Source of the DNA: a virus
Taxonomy: Duplodnaviria > Caudoviricetes
IMG/VR virus record: IMGVR_UViG_3300031949_000056
Location: 1 to 50,268 of that record
DNA length: 50,268 bases
Strand: one strand, 5' to 3'
Position 1 is the stretch's first letter; every line of letters starts with the position of its first letter. The translations under genes were made by a program, and so were the position numbers. The notes beneath the pieces are model-generated. The model worked only from the letters and a program-made list of their open reading frames with translations, did not search any database and was not told the origin of the DNA. Positions 46,357 through 50,268 of the stretch are shown here, one piece after another.

Positions 46357-48315
46357 TTAGTTCCAATCCTTTACCGAAAGGCCGGCCAACGGATCATAGG
46401 ACCGCAACTCGGCGTCCGCCGTCGCCAGCAAGTTCGCCTCGACGGAGGTGCGGGCATCTGATCCGGCGCCGATCGCACTCTCGACCTTGTCCATCCCAAT
46501 GATTTCCGCCGCCGCGAGGTTCATCGTCTCGCAATCGAGAAAATGATTCTGCCGATAGACCTTCACCCAAGCGTACTTGTCGCGCCCGCTTTTGTCACGC
46601 AACAATTGCCGCTGCTCGGCGGATACCTGCCGAGCGTAATCTAATCCAGTCCCTCGATGGAGCATCCATGACCCCGCACCATCGAGCGGCGTGTGATGAA
46701 TCAACGAAAAGAGCCGATCCTTGTACACCGGAGCGCGGAAACTCCACAGCCGGACCGCACTAACACGCTGATCCTTAGCCTGCAGCACCGACATGCCCTC
46801 GTGATCGTGCCCCTTCATCGCGTTCCAATTGTAGCGCTTGCACGCCTCGTACGTTTCTTTCGTGCGATATCCCGTATCCACAAACACGTATCCCGCCCGC
46901 GCCGCCCCGCCCGGAAACATGAATTCGTGTTGGTTCTCAATCTGCAACTTGTCGAAATCGTTAGGTTGCTCAACATATCCGTAGCGCAGCAGATACGACT
47001 TCCCGTTCGCGCACCACGCTCGAACGACGTACCATATCTCTCGCTCCTGGATGTCCGCACTAACGATGATCGCATTGGGTCGCAAGGGGCAAGTCCCCTC
47101 GTCATATTCGAGACCCAGGTCGATGCCGCGCGCCGCAAGAATTTCGTGGTTATCCATTCTACGGGCCGGGGGAGCCCATGTCCGTGCGTACCAGCCATTG
47201 ACGATGTTCTGTATCTTGTTCGGGTCTCGCGAGTGGGACGCCTCAATCCACTTTTGGGCGACCTTGCCCCACGGGACGATAGGCGAATAGAGCGTCGAAA
47301 GGTGGAATCCAACGCGTCGGGCAACGCGCGTGTCACAGCCAGATACGCGTCCGCTAGTGTCGATTGTTTCCCCCTCGCGAAGCCATCGGCCCGCCTGCAA
47401 CATCGCGGGTTTGTGAATGTCACGAATGGCCTTCCTGCACAGAACACACTCGTAGTACGTATTCTCTCTGGCGACTTCGGGCGCTACCGAATGGCCATCA
47501 TCACCATGCGGCCATCGCAATTGCTCCGGGATCAAGTCCTGATACTCATTGCAGTGCGGACAGGGCATGTGGTAGCGTCGTCGGTCGCTCGCGAGATACA
47601 AAGCTTCCACGCGACTTGAACCTTCGATGGTTGGGGTCGATTCATAGATAATTTTGGGATTCGGGAACGCTTTCGTCCGCTCCGTGGCCAAATCCAGAGA
47701 ATCCGCTTCGCCGGTGATCTCCCGACTATACTTATCGACTTCGGTACAAAGCAGGTACCGAATCGACTTCTCGCCTAGCTTCGTGACCGATCCCGACCAC
47801 GCACAGAACATCAATCCGTGCGTCGTTTTCAGCATCACCATCGTCCGCAAATGTTCGGGGAGAAGCATACCCTTCAAATTCGGAGACGCATCGAAAGTCG
47901 GATAAATCCGCGTACCCATCAATTCGCGCACGCTCGTTTCGTTTGGTGCAACCAGCATCGTCGGCCCCGCATCGCATTGCATCGAATACGCAATCAACGA
48001 GACCAGCAGCATCGTCTTGCCCAACTGCGAACCCCACATCAATACGATTTCCTCTATGCCATCATCACCCCAAGCGTCCGCAGGATCACGACAATAAGGA
48101 AACACATCCAGATTCCATCGTCCTTTTGTCGCCGAAGTCATCGGCGGCATCCAAATGTTATCCGCACACCACGCCGACGGACTCACCGATGGCGGCGGTC
48201 GCCAACACGCGGCTTGACGGCCAATGCCGTCACGCAACCGCGCTGTCGGCTTGAGGTTCGCGGCCCTCGGCAAGGTCGAGCGCGATTCGTTCCAGGATGT
48301 CACAAGTCTGATCAA
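46357..48315 (-). CDS. terL: Terminase large subunit, lambda GpA family
   Basis: SQLGKT, TEVDKY, STPT, CPHC, GFHLSTLYSP, DTGY, NHFLDC; start uncertain. Confidence 0.95.
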   Translation of the reverse strand: MIRLVTSWNESRSTLPRAANLKPTARLRDGIGRQAACWRPPPSVSPSAWCADNIWMPPMTSATKGRWNLDVFPYCRDPADAWGDDGIEEIVLMWGSQLGKTMLLVSLIAYSMQCDAGPTMLVAPNETSVRELMGTRIYPTFDASPNLKGMLLPEHLRTMVMLKTTHGLMFCAWSGSVTKLGEKSIRYLLCTEVDKYSREITGEADSLDLATERTKAFPNPKIIYESTPTIEGSSRVEALYLASDRRRYHMPCPHCNEYQDLIPEQLRWPHGDDGHSVAPEVARENTYYECVLCRKAIRDIHKPAMLQAGRWLREGETIDTSGRVSGCDTRVARRVGFHLSTLYSPIVPWGKVAQKWIEASHSRDPNKIQNIVNGWYARTWAPPARRMDNHEILAARGIDLGLEYDEGTCPLRPNAIIVSADIQEREIWYVVRAWCANGKSYLLRYGYVEQPNDFDKLQIENQHEFMFPGGAARAGYVFVDTGYRTKETYEACKRYNWNAMKGHDHEGMSVLQAKDQRVSAVRLWSFRAPVYKDRLFSLIHHTPLDGAGSWMLHRGTGLDYARQVSAEQRQLLRDKSGRDKYAWVKVYRQNHFLDCETMNLAAAEIIGMDKVESAIGAGSDARTSVEANLLATADAELRSYDPLAGLSVKDWN

Positions 48316-48829
48316 TTTGTCGCTCTACGACGGGTCGCAACGCGACGCGAAGTTCTTCCGGCAACAACATGGAGATAGTCGCCGGCAGCCCGCGCAGAAT
48401 CGTCCGCGCCTCCGTGATGTACCGGCCTAAAACCGCTTCAACTTCCGCCAGTTCGACAAGCTTCGCTTCGTCGCGCTGAAGTTTCAACTTCTCGCGAGCC
48501 GCCTTAATCGTCGCCAAGGTATCGTGCGGACTCGGCTTCGGACCACCATTAAGGCCTTGAACGTATTTGATTCGCCAACGAGTTATCTTCGACAGATCAT
48601 ACCCGCCCTTGCGGTCTGTTTCGGGGAAATCTTCGAGAGCACACCAATGTGAAAAGTTTCTCGCCGCCACACCGAAAAACCGGCCTGCGTCGTCGCGGGT
48701 TCGGGCTATATGCCCCAACGTATACCCCGCCAGCAAGAGTGCCTTGTGCAGTTCCGGCAACTCGCCCTTCGATGCTTTTTCGACCAATCCCGACAGGGCA
48801 CTAAGTTGTTGCCGATCAAACTTCGCCAC
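48230..48829 (-). CDS. terS: Terminase small subunit, Nu1-like
   Basis: HTH (AGRFFGVAAR..SHW...FP...YDL..I.RW) plus KLVEL.EVE coiled coil, upstream of terL. Confidence 0.8.
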   Translation of the reverse strand: MAKFDRQQLSALSGLVEKASKGELPELHKALLLAGYTLGHIARTRDDAGRFFGVAARNFSHWCALEDFPETDRKGGYDLSKITRWRIKYVQGLNGGPKPSPHDTLATIKAAREKLKLQRDEAKLVELAEVEAVLGRYITEARTILRGLPATISMLLPEELRVALRPVVERQIDQTCDILERIALDLAEGREPQADSAVA

Positions 48830-50159
48830 GCGATGGCCGCTCCGCCTTGCGTCCCGTGAATTGCTCCCATCGGGTGACGATCACATCGCAGTAAAGGGCG
48901 TCGATTTCCATCAGGAACGCCCGGCGCCCCGTTTGCTCGGCGGCGATCAGCGTGGAACCGCTGCCACCGAAGAGGTCGAGCACGTTCTCGCCGGAACGCG
49001 AACTGTACTGGATCGCTCGAACGGCCAGTTCAACCGGCTTCTCGGTCAGGTGGATCATCGAATTCGGGGTGACCTTCCGTATGCTCCATACGTCGCCGAC
49101 GTTGTTGGGCCCGAGGAAGACGTGGGCGGCGCCCTCACGCCATCCATAGAAGCACCACTCGTGGTCGCCCAGGAAGTCCTTGCGGGTTAGGACCGGCCAT
49201 TGCTTGTGCCAGATGATGGCCTGCGAGAAGTACAGCTCGCAGGCCTTCAGCGGCGACGAGTAGTTGCCGATGCTCGCATAGCCGCCCCAGATGTAGAAGC
49301 CGCGCCCCGGCAGCAACACGCGGGCGATGTTGCCGAACCAGGCGTGAAGCATCTGTTCGAAGGCTTCGTCTGAGACAAAGTCGCTGCTCAGCGAACGATC
49401 CTTCGCTCGCATTTTCTTGTGCGTAGCCTTGCCGCTCTGCGCGCCGGTGGCCAAATCGAAGGAATGATACCGGGCACGATGGCGGTTTCCATCCGGGTCA
49501 AATACGTCATGCCCGCCCATGCTCCCTTTCCCGGCGGCGATGGCGTTATTGCTGCGTGGCTCGACCTTCACGTTGTAGGGCGGATCTGTGTTCACGAGGT
49601 GGACCGGCTGGCCGTCGAGCAGTCGATCGACGTCCGTCGCCAAACTGCTGTCCCCGCACAATAGCCGATGGACGCCGAGCACGATCAGGTCTCCCGGCTG
49701 GGTCACCGCCTCGTCCGGCGGTTCGGGCACGGGCGAATCAAGAGCCTCGTTTATGCCCAACGCTCGACCGATTAAACGATCGACATCGTCCGGCTCGAAA
49801 CCAAGAGCGGATATGTCGAAATCGCCATCGCGACGAAACTCATTCAACAACCGCGCCAGCCCATCATCTTCCCATTCGGCAAGCTCGCTTGTACGATTAT
49901 CAGCAATCCCATACGCCACGGCCTCAACGCCCGCCAAGTCGGTCTGCACGATATCGATCTTCGTCCAACCTAACGCTATCGCCGCCGCCAACGTTCCATT
50001 CCCAGCCACGACACGCCCATTTTTGTCGATGACGATAGGCTTCTGCTGCCCCCACCGACCAAGACTCGCACTGATGGCCCTCATATTCTTTTTCCCGTGC
50101 GTACGCACGTTTCCGGGATCGGATGTAAGGCTGGTTATTGCAACAGTTTCTATTTTCAT
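48816..50159 (-). CDS. ParB-like N-domain plus N6/N4 DNA methyltransferase
   Basis: NVRTH, PIVID, AGNGT, IADNR; DPPYN, H.TEKP, DLFGGSGST. Confidence 0.92.
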   Translation of the reverse strand: MKIETVAITSLTSDPGNVRTHGKKNMRAISASLGRWGQQKPIVIDKNGRVVAGNGTLAAAIALGWTKIDIVQTDLAGVEAVAYGIADNRTSELAEWEDDGLARLLNEFRRDGDFDISALGFEPDDVDRLIGRALGINEALDSPVPEPPDEAVTQPGDLIVLGVHRLLCGDSSLATDVDRLLDGQPVHLVNTDPPYNVKVEPRSNNAIAAGKGSMGGHDVFDPDGNRHRARYHSFDLATGAQSGKATHKKMRAKDRSLSSDFVSDEAFEQMLHAWFGNIARVLLPGRGFYIWGGYASIGNYSSPLKACELYFSQAIIWHKQWPVLTRKDFLGDHEWCFYGWREGAAHVFLGPNNVGDVWSIRKVTPNSMIHLTEKPVELAVRAIQYSSRSGENVLDLFGGSGSTLIAAEQTGRRAFLMEIDALYCDVIVTRWEQFTGRKAERPSRGEV

Positions 50160-50255
50160 TGACCTACGGCTTTCCAAGAAAACGCAAAAAACACGTTAAA
50201 GTACACCTCGATGATGATGGGGCCGTTTTTTGTTCGTATGCGAACGAGTCGGGCG

Positions 50256-50268
50256 GAAAAGGGCGCTC
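50256..50268. repeat. Right terminal 13-nt direct repeat
   Basis: Identical to 2-14. Confidence 0.75.

Larger units (their letters stand above)
1..50268. mobile_element. Complete tailed bacteriophage genome (siphovirus-like, lambda-type cos packaging)
   Basis: Full head-tail module, replication and recombination genes, no host housekeeping genes, 13-nt terminal direct repeat. Confidence 0.9.

Noticed and set aside
45986-46366. 126-aa ORF after terL
   Set aside because: Overlaps the Ogr-like gene by over 100 bp; coding status unresolved
1-50268. Integrated prophage with the 13-nt repeats as attL/attR
   Set aside because: No integrase recognised, and the repeat sits upstream of terS beside a cosQ-like motif; not fully excluded

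Overview
The window looks like one complete ~50.3-kb tailed-phage (siphovirus-like) genome, cut at a lambda-like cos site. Both ends share a 13-nt direct repeat, with a cosQ-like GGGTCCT next to it. The minus strand from ~50.2 to ~21.3 kb carries the late module: ParB-MTase, terS, GpA-type terL, lambda-type portal, protease-capsid fusion, neck, tail tube, a chaperone with a -1 frameshift, tape measure, a Cys-rich tail tip, fibres, a PEP-CTERM protein, a tRNA(CAU)-like gene and lysis-like membrane proteins. Back-to-back promoters at ~6.3-6.4 kb drive two arms. The leftward arm has an AAA helicase, a probable origin and an MT-A70 MTase. The rightward arm has recombination and replication genes (beta-clamp-like, YqaJ, SSAP-like, SMC-like, RuvC-like) and two MTases with near-identical ends but different middles. 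No integrase, CI repressor or endolysin was recognised. The host is inferred, not shown, to be a planctomycete. The most unusual element is the first early operon (6.4-9.6 kb). It is an array of six gene cassettes, each preceded by a conserved 18-nt hairpin, and three of them encode paralogous 10-aa-repeat proteins with a four-state variable residue (W/N/H/Q) next to an invariant Arg. Also notable are an expanded tRNA-like RNA at ~17 kb and the duplicated [SH3-SH3-MTase] module. All calls come from reading motifs by eye; no database searches were run.
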